Assembly: GCA_002633005.1 (NCBI GenBank)
Contig: NMRA01000272.1
Coordinates: 437,817-501,816, forward strand
DNA from: Phoronis australis
Lineage: Eukaryota; Animalia; Phoronida
Direction: 5' to 3'
Length of the DNA stretch: 64,000 bases
A program made the translations under genes and the position numbers. Shown piece after piece: positions 14,301 through 28,007 of this stretch. Positions within the stretch are counted from its first letter, which is position 1. Each line of letters starts with the position of its first letter. A model generated the notes under the pieces. The model saw nothing but the letters and a program-made list of their open reading frames with translations. It was not told where the DNA came from and searched no databases.

Positions 14301-15475
14301 TGTATCTTAAAAACAGCACATTTCACTAATTCACTTTTTTGGGCATTTTTGGGATATATTTTCGAAAATATTTATCGTTCAGATTTACTCAAACACGCGC
14401 TCCAGGGGTAGCTTGAACAATGTATCAAAATGTCCCAGGGTCGATCAAGTTTTGTAAGGCCAAAACAATAAAATACACAGCGATAATTGATGCTGGGTTC
14501 TTAGCGTTTTACGTGAACAACCTCATTGAAAACGTCTGTGCACATCAATTAAAGTTGGGTGCAAAACTTATAACAATTTATTTCAATTGAAACTGAATTA
14601 ATAAACAATGCAATGCATTTTTATGTCATCTAGAGTAACTGTAAGCACTGTAGTTGACTTGTGTGGTCACACTTCGTGCATTTCCGTCTAAACGAAACGT
14701 TCACGATTTTAGGGCCTCATTCAAAATGGCCGGCGATATCAGCGACAGTTTTAAAACTCTGCTTACGGATACAAATAAGGATTAAGATTGTCAAAACACG
14801 TATATTTGTGAAGGCTGATACATGTCCATGACATCACATGAGCAGTTGCAAACGGGCACTAGGTAGTATGACAATCAACTGCTTATTATGCTTATATTCA
14901 CAACTTTAGGTCACCGGTGTATATATGGCTTATGGTTGAATCAATGTGAGGCATAATTCACCGCAATGCCTCCAGCCTACAGAGAGCCTATGTGATGTCC
15001 ACCGTTTGTACTGTGACCAGTTGAGACACCGGTAGTGTCTAAAATCTACACTCAGCAATTAGTTCCTGCCGTGAGCTATACTGGGTTCCAAACCCGGACG
15101 AAATAGCTCGTTGCGAACTTGCAAATGAATAGCAACATGTCCGTGTAACCAGTCTCCTACGTTTGACTATTTTCGCTTGAGATTTATATTGTCATCCATG
15201 CCGAGAAAAGGCAGAACAGACGTGGGCATGTCTACCACTATACCCAGTAGATATACGCACGCAGGCCCAACACTCAACAGCGAGCAACACTGACTTCCAC
15301 TTTGACAACGATCAAAGGCAAAATAAATTTTGAGGCTCACTTATACGGAATTCTATTAAGCAACAGAAAGACAACCACAAGTCTTGAGTAGAGAATCAAG
15401 TTCACCAGCTTATCAATTACCTTTGCAAATTTCTTCCCAAATATTTGGCTCTGGTACCCTTGTGATCACAGACAT
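8339..15475 (-). CDS. IQCK: IQ motif-containing protein K orthologue, 7 coding exons, 281 aa
   Basis: complement(join(8339..8557,9003..9087,9892..9969,10591..10643,11485..11582,12767..13024,15421..15475)). All introns are GT-AG, phases are consistent, total 846 nt. The protein reads MSVITRVPEPNIWEEICKEF...[58 protein letters not shown]...[59 protein letters not shown]...*. It matches vertebrate IQCK as I recall it (LWEQICKE, KTCSPxEYLE, [37 protein letters not shown]). Confidence 0.93.
12054..12343. mobile_element. Short non-autonomous TIR element (CAxxGGCGGAT...ATCCGCCACTG ends) in an IQCK intron
   Basis: Ends caagggcggatccaagg and cctaaatccgccactg, with internal poly-G/poly-C runs. No clear TSD. 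Confidence 0.45.
13928..14096. repeat. Palindromic MITE-like hairpin
   Basis: gacacctcaggagaccgttgatatc pairs with gacatcaacggcctcctgaggtgtc. Confidence 0.6.
14108..14919. mobile_element. Non-autonomous TIR DNA transposon, TA target site (Tc1/mariner-like), copy 1 (IQCK intron 1)
   Basis: Ends yaycgtcagaggtcctaaagtcgtga ... tcacaactttaggtcaccggtg|ta. Highly similar to 29403-30235 over its full length. Confidence 0.8.
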
Positions 15476-15691
15476 TTTACTTTTAGACTATTCACGCACC
15501 ATTCTGACGCTCACTGCATTCACGATTATAAACGAAACCTTAATAAAAGTATATTATCTAAGATCATGATATAGTATACAACATTGATATGGTTTAAAAT
15601 AATTAGTTAACACCAAAACAAGATCATAATGTCGTCTTTGTCAACAAAGATCGAGCTGAAAGTAAAGCAAAACTTTGCGTATGAATTTAAG

Positions 15692-15704
15692 GTTGCTAGG
15701 TTGC
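15692..15704. promoter_or_regulatory. Possible RFX X-box-like site upstream of IQCK
   Basis: GTTGCTAGGTTGC (reverse GCAACCTAGCAAC) about 220 bp upstream of the IQCK ATG. One strong half-site, the second half imperfect. Confidence 0.25.
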
Positions 15705-18700
15705 GACCATGATAGTTCTGTTCATGACCACGAGACGGTGCTGAAGGCAAATCTAAGAGAACAGAGTGAAGATGGTAAGATACGAACTATTTGAGCAAAC
15801 TTGGCAAAAAGAAACTCTGACTTCCCGAGATCGTATAAAGTATTTCAAAAGTCCAAAAATGTCTCGATTTTGGCATGTAATCTCAATGATTTGTTCATCG
15901 ATATTCATGAAATTCCATTTCACACTTTTTCGCGCACCTGATATCAATAGGCCATTTGCGGCAAGGTGCCTCAGTGTCAGCGCCTAGCGCCAAAAGCCCG
16001 GTTGCCCGACGCCAAAGCACGGCCATCAGACCAGCTGGATAAGCTTGTTCGTTTCTACCGAAACGAATGTTAGCCCACAGTTTTATGACGGGCCAGTCAA
16101 TGCAACTATTGCCGCAGTCATCAGATAATGCACAAAGTACAGCCCGTAGGCCGGGCCTCATGCCTGCATCGGTCTCCATGAGGTGCCGGCCTGCGTTCGT
16201 GTAGCCGGGAGCCAAGAAACTTCAAAAATGAAACAACCAGTTTTGTTTAATTTCATGGGAAACCGAGTGAATGAAGGAGAAATCCAGAAAAGCATTTCGA
16301 GATGACCCGAAGAAACTGACGGCGTTCGGAAGACGACCCACTTCTTTTGACACTGGCTGTTTTTTAGTACACCTCAATGGATTTTTACAATATTTCACAT
16401 TCTTAAGGGAACTAGCACATTGAAGTAACCTTGTACCAATTACATGAGTTGAAAACACGGCTATTCATGAGAAGTAAAAAGACGTAACGCCGATATCATA
16501 CTGAGATATGCAGCAAGTTTTATCGATCGCCGGAATCCACATCTTCAAAAAATTGTTTGCCGAAAACAACTTTTTTGAAGCAGTGGCTTCATATCTACTT
16601 CCAAACTTTGTGCACTGACAGCTGAGGGAGATACACCCATAATAGGTGTATACACGAGATCTGACGTTGAGATGGGCAACTTCTTTACGACCAGTTATTC
16701 TACGGAAAGGTGCCTTTTCCCATAAATTTCAATCTGAAAGGATTCACATTTAAATTAGTGCAAAAATTTTATTTTGCAAAAGAATGTTACAGGAGGGTCT
16801 CATTTTTAATTGTAGTCGGTAGAATTCGTAAGGGTGCTTATTCATATCGGATTCTTATTTTCATTAACATAATAGTTATTACCAAGAACATATACAAACC
16901 TTCAACAGGTCAAGAAACGCGTCCTCGGCATCCTCCGTGTTTATTTCGGATTTTTGGTTTGTCTGAAGCCAATAATTTTCACTTGTATACGATGTTTAAA
17001 GCCCAACACAAAACTTTAATTGATTAAATCTAACCATAATTGCATAACAAAAGTCGGATCAAAACGAAAGAACATTTGATCATCAAAAACTTGACCTTGT
17101 TTAAAACCCACAAAACATTATGTTATGGGAAAAGACCCAATACCGAAACTTGAAGGCGACGCTTTCACAGACGCTCCCAACAAACAGGGCAATTTAATCG
17201 CCTTCACTAGGCTCAGAAAGGCGGGACCCCTTCTTACCGACAATGTGAAAGGACGTATATCTTAATTTTCCATCGCCTCACCCCGTCAAGTTGAGGAATA
17301 GGGCTACCCCACGGAATGCAAGCACAACATTATAATGCCCCAAAGTGTCACTGCTCAGTGGTCTATATTCTCTTAATTGCTGGTAGCTACATGTAATATG
17401 GTGCAAACAATTGAAACATTTACTGTAACTTAAAGCTTTGCATTATTTGAAAAAGTTCCGAATTGTCATATCTGTTCAATAATTCTAAATCGTACATAAT
17501 GGTGTTACAGTTCCATAATAAATCGGGTCAAAATACAATTTAAATGACGATAGTCTAAACTGAGGACGAAAGTACAACTTTACTCCACGGGGTCTTCAAC
17601 TTCACTGACTGCGACGACAACAGCTTCGAGACTGACTCCACTCACGCAGTCGTCAGTCTTTGGAAACGCCTTTGGTTTGGTATGAACACACACGAATTGT
17701 TCTAGGTATTGTGATCCACAGCTTCGGCCACTGCTCACTTCCGGAATCTTCCGGAATCACCCGGATGCGTTATTTACTATTCGCAGCTGCTGTTCTAAAG
17801 TGTTCTCACCGCGAGACTGAAAACCAAAGACTTGACCAAAACAACTGTCATATCTAAAAAAATCACACGAGCCTAGCTAAGTTGATTTTCAGGAAAACTA
17901 AATAGTAAAATAGAAATAAAACGAAATTATTCGACAGCCTATTCCACGACAACTTCTTCAACAGCGGGTAACAACCTCATATAAAAGCACGTGCAAAGTG
18001 GGCTATCCTGTGCATCGTTTTTGTATTTTTTTTTAAATTTACTGAATTGACTAATTTCATAGTCTAGAACAATTTGCTTACTGAGTAGTGGCACAACTTA
18101 GTTACTTATTACATTTCCAAATTTGGAAGTAGTGAAGCAGTTACCAAAGCAACGATTTTGAACGACTATCGTCATAACAATCCTAAAAACACATGTTTGA
18201 AAGCTATATGCTTACTTGGACACATGGACTCACTTCACCATCTTCTTTCTACTACAAAACTCCAGGAGGACCTGCCTTGCAACCAATCAAATGTTTAAAT
18301 TCCAGGTCATGTCCAAATCTTTATCCAATCTGATCTGCCTTTGCTTATTCAACTTTTAGTTAAACCCTTTAGATTAATTTAATTTTTATTGTTAAACCCC
18401 GTGCATGTGTTGTGTGTTTCCATTGTGCATTTGAATTTAACGGGTAGAAACGCATTTACACTGATAATTATTATTTTGAAGGGATTTATAGGTTTTACTG
18501 CCCGAAAATGTATTTTGGGATTACCCTACTGTTTAATGGGATTTTTTTAAAGTTATTAGCTATAATACAACAAAATCCATTGTGTTTTTGTGATTTTATT
18601 TCAAATTGTCACGCAGTTGTCTCTCTGTTGTCTGCCAGACATTCGCTGAAATCAAGACCGGTGACCATACCAGCAAAATACGCTTAAAGTTCTCTTTCAT

Positions 18701-21679
18701 TTATCGAGTAGGATTTTGCTTCGCCAAAAGAGCTTTAGACTGCGACCGCGACAGCTGTAGGTTCAATTCCGTGCAGAGGCTTATTTCAGAAAATCACGTT
18801 TCTCGCCGATGATATTCCTTCAGTTATATACAGTCGCACCCGGTGTCTCGTTTTTATTTGGCGTTAGCAATCTGGAACTGCTAAATGATCTCAAATTTGC
18901 GTATACTAAAATTTCGTTATTAAAACTACATCGTTCTTCTTGTTTTATTTTTATTTGTTTCCTATAAATTTTGTTTTGTACCTCAATATAATAAAAATAT
19001 TCATTTAATATTCAATCTTAAAAGTGCACTACGAGTTGTCACTTTATTTCACATCTATCACAATACAAAGTGCGGAATCTTAGAGTTTACCACTTGAAAC
19101 AAATTTTATTACAACAAACAAGCCTATGGTTATTGTCTGACTGGGTTAACAGTGGAAGGTATGTGATTTACTAGTTATCGGCCCCTCAGTGGTATCACTA
19201 CACTTCTACATGTATCTTATCTGTAAATCTGAATCCTTTCAGCATTACTTGTTCATATACAAAAATGGGTCAATAACACCGAGGCTTTACAGGAAAAATA
19301 GTTTTTGCGTCTTCAAGTTGTTCGGTTGCTCATAACGAAACATGTTGACAACACAAGCGGTAGTAGTCGCGGTTGCGGACGCTTTCGGTGAATAATTGGT
19401 TCAAATGCCATTCACCAGTGGCAAATGAATCTGGCCACGGACTTAACAAACTATGCCCGGAAGAGCCTAATGACTACATACATAAGAAGCTTCTCATGAA
19501 TTTCGTAACAGGAGTTTTGTGCAGTGGGTACGACCTTTGTGCCCTACGCACTTCCTATGCATCTCAGGCATAGGACCGCCCACATTTTTAACGTGACGTT
19601 TAAATTAATTTGTGCCTTTTTATTCAGCTAAAGGTTCAATCTTCCCAAAATTTGTAAAGTTGCCAGAAAACACACTATAATCAACCAATCGTTGAACGCG
19701 TTGTAAGACGAGCTTGTGTGACTGGACAAGGAGGTTTTCGCCGAGGAGGAAACATATAGTTCTCCACCCGAAAGGAAGGGTACTTACGTGGAAGAGTTAT
19801 GCAGAACATGTCGTAAACTAGAAAGATGACTTTTTCTCGACTAGTTCCACTGCGAAATGCAGCCTTTCCGACAACATTATCTACAAAATGTACACTTTGG
19901 AGTTTCAAACTCTACTAATGGGTTCTTTTATCAACTACAAAGCTACAGATTTAAGACAGTTCGATATCATCCATATTCTAAAACCTTTGCTGCTAATGAT
20001 GTTTCCCTTCTGACAACGTGATTGTACAAAAATCTGTACGGGAGGGTAATCTACAAGGAAGTTAAAGACTTCTTTAAAGGTTCTGTTTCTGGAACAAAGT
20101 ACCACGAAAGGGTTAATTTTCGAGGAAGCTTCCTATAGTGGAGCTCTTCACTTCAAATGCACTCTCAAATGGAAAAACATCCTTAAAGTTGTATTTTCAA
20201 GCTCCTAACTATGCTAATGACGTATAACAGGGAACTAAAGGACAATGCTGTTTCAACATCATCTACGTTAAACAAAGTGCAGTCGTCTTCATTGAAAACT
20301 TCTAAATGTAAAAACAAAAATTTTGCAAATAGGTGAGCTTTACACAAATAACGTACCTTGTGGGCTCACATAGCCCGCATTATACATTGTTATTCCCCAA
20401 CACCACGTCACGATACGTACTGGACAGGGCTGAGTGCTTTACCGCGGATCATTTTCGACACAAAATTCGTTCTTAAAAACATTTGGCAATTTTCAACTTA
20501 CTTCATATTCACATCGTCGCTTTATGTTGTGTTTCTAAGTAATTTGACCATACAATCACAGAGATAAGAAATTGGTGTACGAGTTCCAGCTGGTAGTACA
20601 TTACCCCCGGGTTCTCCTGCATAGATTATATGAAAAAATGCCTGCAATCATAGCTGAAACAAAAAGTGTTTGTCTATCTCAGGTTTTAGCCAAAAGTTCT
20701 CAATTAAAAACCAGTTGTAGTACACAAAAATACATTTTACTTGCATTTCATTCGTCGCATGTGCTACAACAATGCAAGAAAACACGCTATAGCCTACATG
20801 TACTTGTAAAAGTGACTCCTTTGCGGATACCGAAGGATTCCTACAGTCCTACAGTTTTCGTCACTGTTACTGAGGGTTTTTGCCGTCCATGTGAACGCAT
20901 TGAAAACTTGTACATCAAGCTTATGAGAACTAAGTTAAACTTCACACACGGACAATGTTTAATAATCAGTGAGCATGAACAAATGTAGCAGACGAGAAGA
21001 AAATACTATGATACCGTAAATATTTACTGGACGTTTACACTGCAGGTGCGCTTTGGGTGATAGAGACAAACAATAATTAACTTTAGGCCAGCATACAGTG
21101 TTTTCCCACTGATAAACAAGAGCTTGGTTTCAAAAGTAGAGTGGAAAAGATTTAGTGTAGCAAATCCAAAACAAAACAATGATTACACGTAAATAGATAT
21201 TTTGCCACCTCATTTTTGTGCGGAAGTGAAAGCCCTGGGAGTTCGATATTTTTCAACTGCTGCGTTTACTTTATTCGAATTGGCAACTGTTAGTTTCCCG
21301 TGTTACTTTCATTTGAAGCCGTGCAGCCTACTATTTGGACTTCTAAAGTTGAGTCAAATTTCGCTTACTGGTGGGCTTGGACACCAGGAGGACGCAGCGA
21401 AGAAGAATCCATGGGACTTGTCTAGATCTCACCTCCAAACACGAACGCTTGTTCATACACAATTCTTATAGGGATCTTTTACAGTTAATGCCACTGTCAT
21501 GAGTATACAAAACATACATTTTGCCCTGACCCATCACACTTAACGTTTACAAGAAATGTTGAGATTTTTGAGGCGAAACTGACAACGATGGTGAAAACCA
21601 CGAGCGTGGATAGTAAAGTTTTCCGATGCATGAATTCGTTTGAACTGAGTTGCAACGTTAATCATAGCGAAAGTGTTTT

Positions 21680-21787
21680 TAAGCACTTAAAAACACGCCC
21701 GCCAAGAAATCATGGCGATGAAGCTGTTGGTTGTAAGCACTTAAAAACACGCCCGCCAAGAAATCATGGCGATGAAGCTGTTGGTTG
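21680..21787. repeat. Exact 54-bp tandem duplication
   Basis: taagcacttaaaaacacgcccgccaagaaatcatggcgatgaagctgttggttg x2. Confidence 0.95.
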
Positions 21788-24361
21788 TTTATATCACACG
21801 TTAACCCCTTTTCAAAATATTATGATCAACTTATGTTCATTTGATGTAACTAAGCTGTCTAGTTGGATGATTAATTTGACGGACCAACAAGAACATGGAA
21901 AACATTTGTGACTTTTGACTTGACACGTGTTGGCATATTTTTGTCTTTAACATTCAGCCGAAAGTCTGTCTTATCTAAAATTTGACCCAAACGCGCGATA
22001 CAACAACATCAAGATGACGAAGGAACAGTCAAAATGTTTTCATGAATCACTATCAAGCGTTTTTGTAAATAAGATTGCAAAGTTATGTACGCAAAAGAAA
22101 GTCCGGTCAGGATCATTATGTAATTTCTACATGCACGATGGTCCTTGTACAATGATGTGAAAGATATTCAGGCGTTGCAAAATCACACGTTGCTAACTAC
22201 AACGTGGTCACAGGTAAGCTTTCTAACTGGTTACTGTACAACTTTTCAGGACTTCTCATTGACAGACGAAACTAGTAGAGGCTCAAAGATGACACTTGAA
22301 ACAAAAATATGGTTCAATAAAACAGACTGTCACCATTTTGATATTCTATAATTATTTCACTGATTATCGAAAATTCGTGTGTCATGTATCCCCAACTATT
22401 GTGGTGCCGATTTTTATCTTATTTTTGATGCGTATTTCACAATTAATAGAATTATTTATGATGCTGTTTATTGGACTTATGAAGGGGTGGAAACGACGAA
22501 CAGGCCAAGGCAGGCACTAATTCCAAGCTTCCGGCCCTCGTCCTGGATCAGCTGCTGAAACACCAAGCCCTGTTACACTCGTTGCTAAACTGACGGCCCC
22601 ACGCACCCCGAAAATACTCCATGGTAATCGGTTATTAAAACTCTGTACTCCGTAGGATCCTGACTGGAATGATTGAGTGGAGGTCAGTCTCCACCCCATC
22701 ATGGTGGAGTTTTGTCACCGGGTATAGATTATCTTCTTGGCGTGTTTGAAGTTAACGGGAGAGAGAGAACAATTTGTACCGCGGTTTGGCGTTTACTGTT
22801 CCGGGATTGGGGAATGGATCGTGACTGGGATGTATGGGGTCCGGGTCCTGAAGAATCGACCCCACTCCTGGATATGATCTTGACGCAGTTTTAAAATCAT
22901 TTTCGCTGCATAAAATGCTAAGTGAAGGCTTTGAAAAAAAAAACAACTCTTGAGTAAAAATCGTGCAGTTGAACTGAAACAATGTTTGAGTAATGAATCG
23001 TGTACTGAAGTATACAACTCTCAGTAGATCACGATCTCGGACAACGTGAGGAACAAAAATGAATAATGTCTCCTTTAGACGCTTTTCTGTCTAATATGTG
23101 TGCCATTCGTGAAACTGTGTTAGATAATTTTTAGCCACTATCTTGACATTTTTGTTAACATACACCGTAGAACTCTAGCCCGGGCAAGAGTTCTATGCTG
23201 ACATTCAACTACAGGGATCCAACATTGCGTCTGATCATTGGCATATCATTTTGATATTATGGACTTAAAATTCAGAAGCATCGATTTTCAGGTCTTTTAA
23301 AATATATGATTCCTGATACGATCAAGATTACGAAAACGTGTTTCGGCAGCATACTTCGGCATGTCATATAATGTTCCGTGACCAAAGTTGCCATGGTCCC
23401 AGTCTTAGTTTTGCCTTGCCTTTCGCCAGCTGCCCCGAATGATACCTTACACATTACTTTGTTCACCCCTATTTATTTTAAATTTTACTGTACGGTGCCT
23501 GACACTAACAGCGTGTAGCCGCGGGCCCCCACAATCAATCGTACTCCTGACAGGTGCCCTAGAGCCCAGCCCTGTCACGACCATTCATCAATGATCATTT
23601 GCCTGGACCATATACATATGTATACTAACACTGAGTCATGCGTTTATTCAGCCAGCTCACCCGAAAGATCGCCGATAGGTTTTATATACTGGGGTCAACA
23701 ATTCATTGAGCTCGGTAGTCCTTTTGTTGTCCATGGGCGAAAATACCTACTAAATATTTACAGTAATACAGCCTACGTGTAGTGCGGAGGGACTCGTTTT
23801 GACAAATTCCCACACGTTGGAAAATCCGGCTGTCACGAAAAGGGTATTGGAGGCCCAGGAGCTAAGTGTGCAAACAGTGTCAGCTTGGGACAGTGTCAAT
23901 ACAACTTAGGATATATAGTAGAGTGTGTGGTACGTTCACGTTTCGGACCACTGAGTTGACGCCATTAAACACACCTGTGCTTGTGACACAGTTGGGTGTC
24001 AACGCCATACAGCAGGTAAGTCTTCACACTGTATCAGTTCACCCACAAACTGAATAAAATTAATCATATCCCTTGGTTGGGAACCTGGGACAGTCACGTC
24101 ACTAATTAACCGATATAAGTTGCTTTCTCTGAATTGCTCATACAGAGCTGTACTGTGACCGCAAACTGCTGAGCGTGAAGCACTTTGACAGATCTCAGCA
24201 TTCTGATATAAGGTCATGCAACACAAGATTTTGGCCAAAGTTAGAGGACAGATAATAGAATAATAAACGCAATAAAGTACGCGGTAAAACAGAGATGGCG
24301 TAAACAAGACAGTTGCCTCATTTGTTATGCATTTTGACAATATGCTAAAGGTTATATAGTA

Positions 24362-26070
24362 CCTTATCGATATTGTCTGTGTATTTAGCCAGAATGTCTA
24401 TAAAACTATAGATTTTAGAACATGTATATGTTTTCCGGAAAGCCTGACTTTTTAACAATCTGTCCTTATTTGAGTCACGTCATCAAGCCTTTTTGGTAAA
24501 GTTTATCAAAAAGAATAGTCAACATGACCAAATTTGTTATGAATGTTCAAGATGAAATCTCAAAAAACGCTGTAACGTTTTTTTTTTCAATTATCATTTC
24601 CTTTTCATTTTACGAAACTTTTGACTTGTGTTATGAGAATCATAAAAGTTCCATGTTGATAACCCCTGGTCAGAAGTGGAGCATTTAACTTATTTCCTAG
24701 CAGCGTATTGGAGAACAGTGTCTAAGGCATAGTATGAAATGAGTCTGATCAGCTTATTCTGAGATATGGTGTTCCGAATTTAGTCAAATTTGGAAAAATT
24801 TCGAGGGTCCTACCAAAACGTAAGTCTGTGATTGTGTATTTTGCAACTATAGATTTTAATTCGGTAAAAGTATTTAGTCTGAAAGTTAAAAGCAATTTTG
24901 ACGTTATGTCAATTGAGGCACGTGGAACACCCAAACAGTTTTATAAACCACGATTTTTTATTTTTGGTTGCTCCTCATACAGAAGTGGTTCATTTTAAAA
25001 ACAAATCATAAAATCCTCTTGGAGAACAGTGTTTTAAGGTATATACTATCTCTAAGTTTCATATGAGTCGGAGCAGCCATTTCTGAGATATGGTGTTCCG
25101 AATTTAGCCAAATTTGGACATTTTTCTATGGTCCTGCAATTTCTTTACATGGTTTTTGCAGATGTTATATGTAGCTTATATTTAGCATTCATACGCAAAT
25201 CTGACCATACCATANCCTTATCGATATGTCTGTGTATTTAGCCAGGATGTCTATAAAACTATAGATTTTAGTACATGTATATGTTTTACACAAGTGGAAA
25301 GCCTGAATGTTTAACAGTCTATCCTTAATTGTGTCACGTCATCAAGCCTTTTTGGTAAAGTTTATCAAAAAGAATAGTCAACATGACCAAATTTGTTATG
25401 AATGTTCAAAATGAAATCTCAAAAAACGCTGTAACGTTTTTTTAATTATCATTTCCTTTTCATTTTACGAAACTTTTGACTTGTGTTATGAGAATCATAA
25501 AAGTTCCATGTTGATAACCCCTGGTCAGAAGTGGAGCATTTAGAATATTTCCTAGCAGCGTATTGGAGAACACTGTCTAAAGCATAGTATGAAATGAGTC
25601 TGATCAGCCTCATTCTGAGATATGGTGTTCCGAATTTAGTCAAATTTGGAAAAATTTCGAGGGTCCTACCAAAACGTAAGTCTGTGATTGTGTATTTTGC
25701 AACTATAGATTTTAATTCGGTAAAAGTATTTAGTCTGAAAGTTAAAAGCAATTTTGACGTTATGTCAATTGAGGCACGTGGAACACCCAAACAGTTTTAT
25801 AAACCACGATTTTTTATTTTTGGTTGCTCCTCATACAGAAGTGGTTCATTTTAAAAACAAATCATAAAATCCTCTTGGAGAACAGTGTTTTAAGGTATAT
25901 ACTATCTCTAAGTTTCATATGAGTCGGAGCAGCCATTTCTGAGATATGGTGTTCCGAATTTAGCCAAATTTGGACATTTTTCTATGGTCCTGCAATTTCT
26001 TTACATGGTTTTTGCAGATGTTATATGTAGCTTATATTTAGCATTCATACGCAAATCTGACCATACCATA
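24362..26070. repeat. About 855-bp near-identical direct duplication joined at a single N (24362-25214 / 25216-26070)
   Basis: The two copies are near identical with scattered SNPs and indels in the 5' part. The unit itself has TIR-like ends (ccttat...ataagg). Confidence 0.9.
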
Positions 26071-28007
26071 AGGACTGCGTTGTTATACCCCAAATTCCAT
26101 TCTTTTTGCATATCTCTGACCCCATTGCACTCGGTCATAACCCATGATTACAGGTCAGTTTATCAAGCAAGCGGTCAAACTGTCCAGTAAGTCACTCGCC
26201 AGCGCGTTTCAGTTCCCCTGACGATCGTATGTCATGCTTTTCATTGGAGCGACTATGTTCAGTGACCGTGACTGTGCGATATCTTTCAATATGTTCCCAG
26301 GGATCATTTGTCTCTGTTGGTAGATTGATAGATTTAAAATAGGTATTTCCCCATTAACACCTTCCTTTTGGTGGCTGACTATAAATTCATCACATGGTAC
26401 TCATCGTGATTTGCCAGATTTGTGTTTTCAATTTACGTTTGAAATAGAATACTGCACACAGAAGGCTTTGGCACTGTGAACCTGGCCGTTTTCTCAAGAC
26501 ATTGCTTGACACAGGAGCGCCGTCCGACCTGTCGACACCAAGGCCAGGCGTCTAATCTTTTTACTCAAAATCGGACTCGAAAATGTTTTTTTCATTTTTT
26601 GTTCTACTTGAATACGAACTCAAAACATGTAGCTATAACTGATCTGTCCTTCAGTATATCGTAGTCTGCACGGGTGATTGGGAAATCCTAAGCATAACAT
26701 GTTCAAATCTAAATTCGAAATTTCGAGTTTTCACTTGGTGATCGACCCGTGAGGTGCAAACTTCGATTAGTCACTCGTCTGCGTAAAGCATAATATGTAC
26801 TTGGGCACAGAATAAGGGACAACTGCCTTGAGTTTGTATAAAAAGTTGAACGGAAATTGACTATTTGCGACTTCGATTTGAAGTAAAAAGAATAGATCCT
26901 GGGTCCAGACACGACAAGCATTTTAAATTACGACTTATTTCTCTCCAAAATCATCTTTGGTAAGACGGTCTCAACAGGGCATCACACTGAAATATTTGTA
27001 GGTTCAACTGAGTCATTCCAGAATAACGGTACAACGCTTGGTTGTTCTTCGCTATGGCTGCTTGAACTAACTAGGTGTACAGCGATGTTTTCCTATACCA
27101 GCTGAATTAAATTAAGGTCGTATTCTCAAGACATAATTGTGGATAAAGCTGCAAAGATTTGATTTTTTTCACAATCAGTGCACGTGCTACATGCCACACG
27201 AAAATTGAACCGACAGAGTCGAATATACTCGACTCACTCTCCGCAACTTGTCGGCCAACACCTGCAACATGTCGTTCTCATGCGCAATTTCGACGTGTCG
27301 CGCAACTTTCCTGTCGACACTGAAGGACGCAGCACTGTTTTCACTACAGACTATGCAATCATCCAATATCAGGATTGCAAATTTGGCCCAATGACTTTAT
27401 ATTGGATTATTCACTTTCCTGAATGGCGACAATCGAAACTCAGTGGAGGAAAGCTGATCACAGCACAAAACCAGTTTCGGTCGTTACGTGGACATGCTTG
27501 TTTTATGGCTCTAGAATAAAAGACTATAATGTTTGACAGCTGAATGAAAGAGCCTAAGTGTTCCACTGTATTCAACGTACACATTATTATTTCGCCGGTG
27601 CAGTGCAAGCTAGACGGAAAGAAACTTTGAACTGCGCGCAGTTCACAAGTTCTCAAATTTACTACTTAGGTCACGTATTTATGGGCACTTTTGAATCAGA
27701 GGACTTCATGGTGTCGAGGATAACATTTAGTTTGATCACAAGTCTTTGCTGGTGGAGAAGACGTCTGAGCTGGTTTGCAGTGAAACGAGAAATGGTGAAT
27801 AAGTATAAATAAACTCTGTAAGATGAACGAACGAGAGGCAATCGCTTTTGATGCACTTCGTTGTTCTCATTGGGCGAATATTTCTATTGTGAGGCCTTAA
27901 CGTTTGTGTTCCACTTGCCTTATCATGAACAATAAATGTACACATGCATGTCCACGCAAGGTGTTGGCCTAATGTCAAGTATTATTTCAGGCAAACGGGA
28001 TTTGAAG

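Noticed and set aside
22517-22900. GC-richer coding-looking stretch between IQCK and paralogue A
   Set aside because: Stops occur in all frames and I see no recognisable motif or splice pattern. Possibly a decayed TE.
24749-25854. Duplicated ORFs MGVPRASIDITSK...
   Set aside because: They fall inside the duplicated non-coding repeat and show no protein motif.
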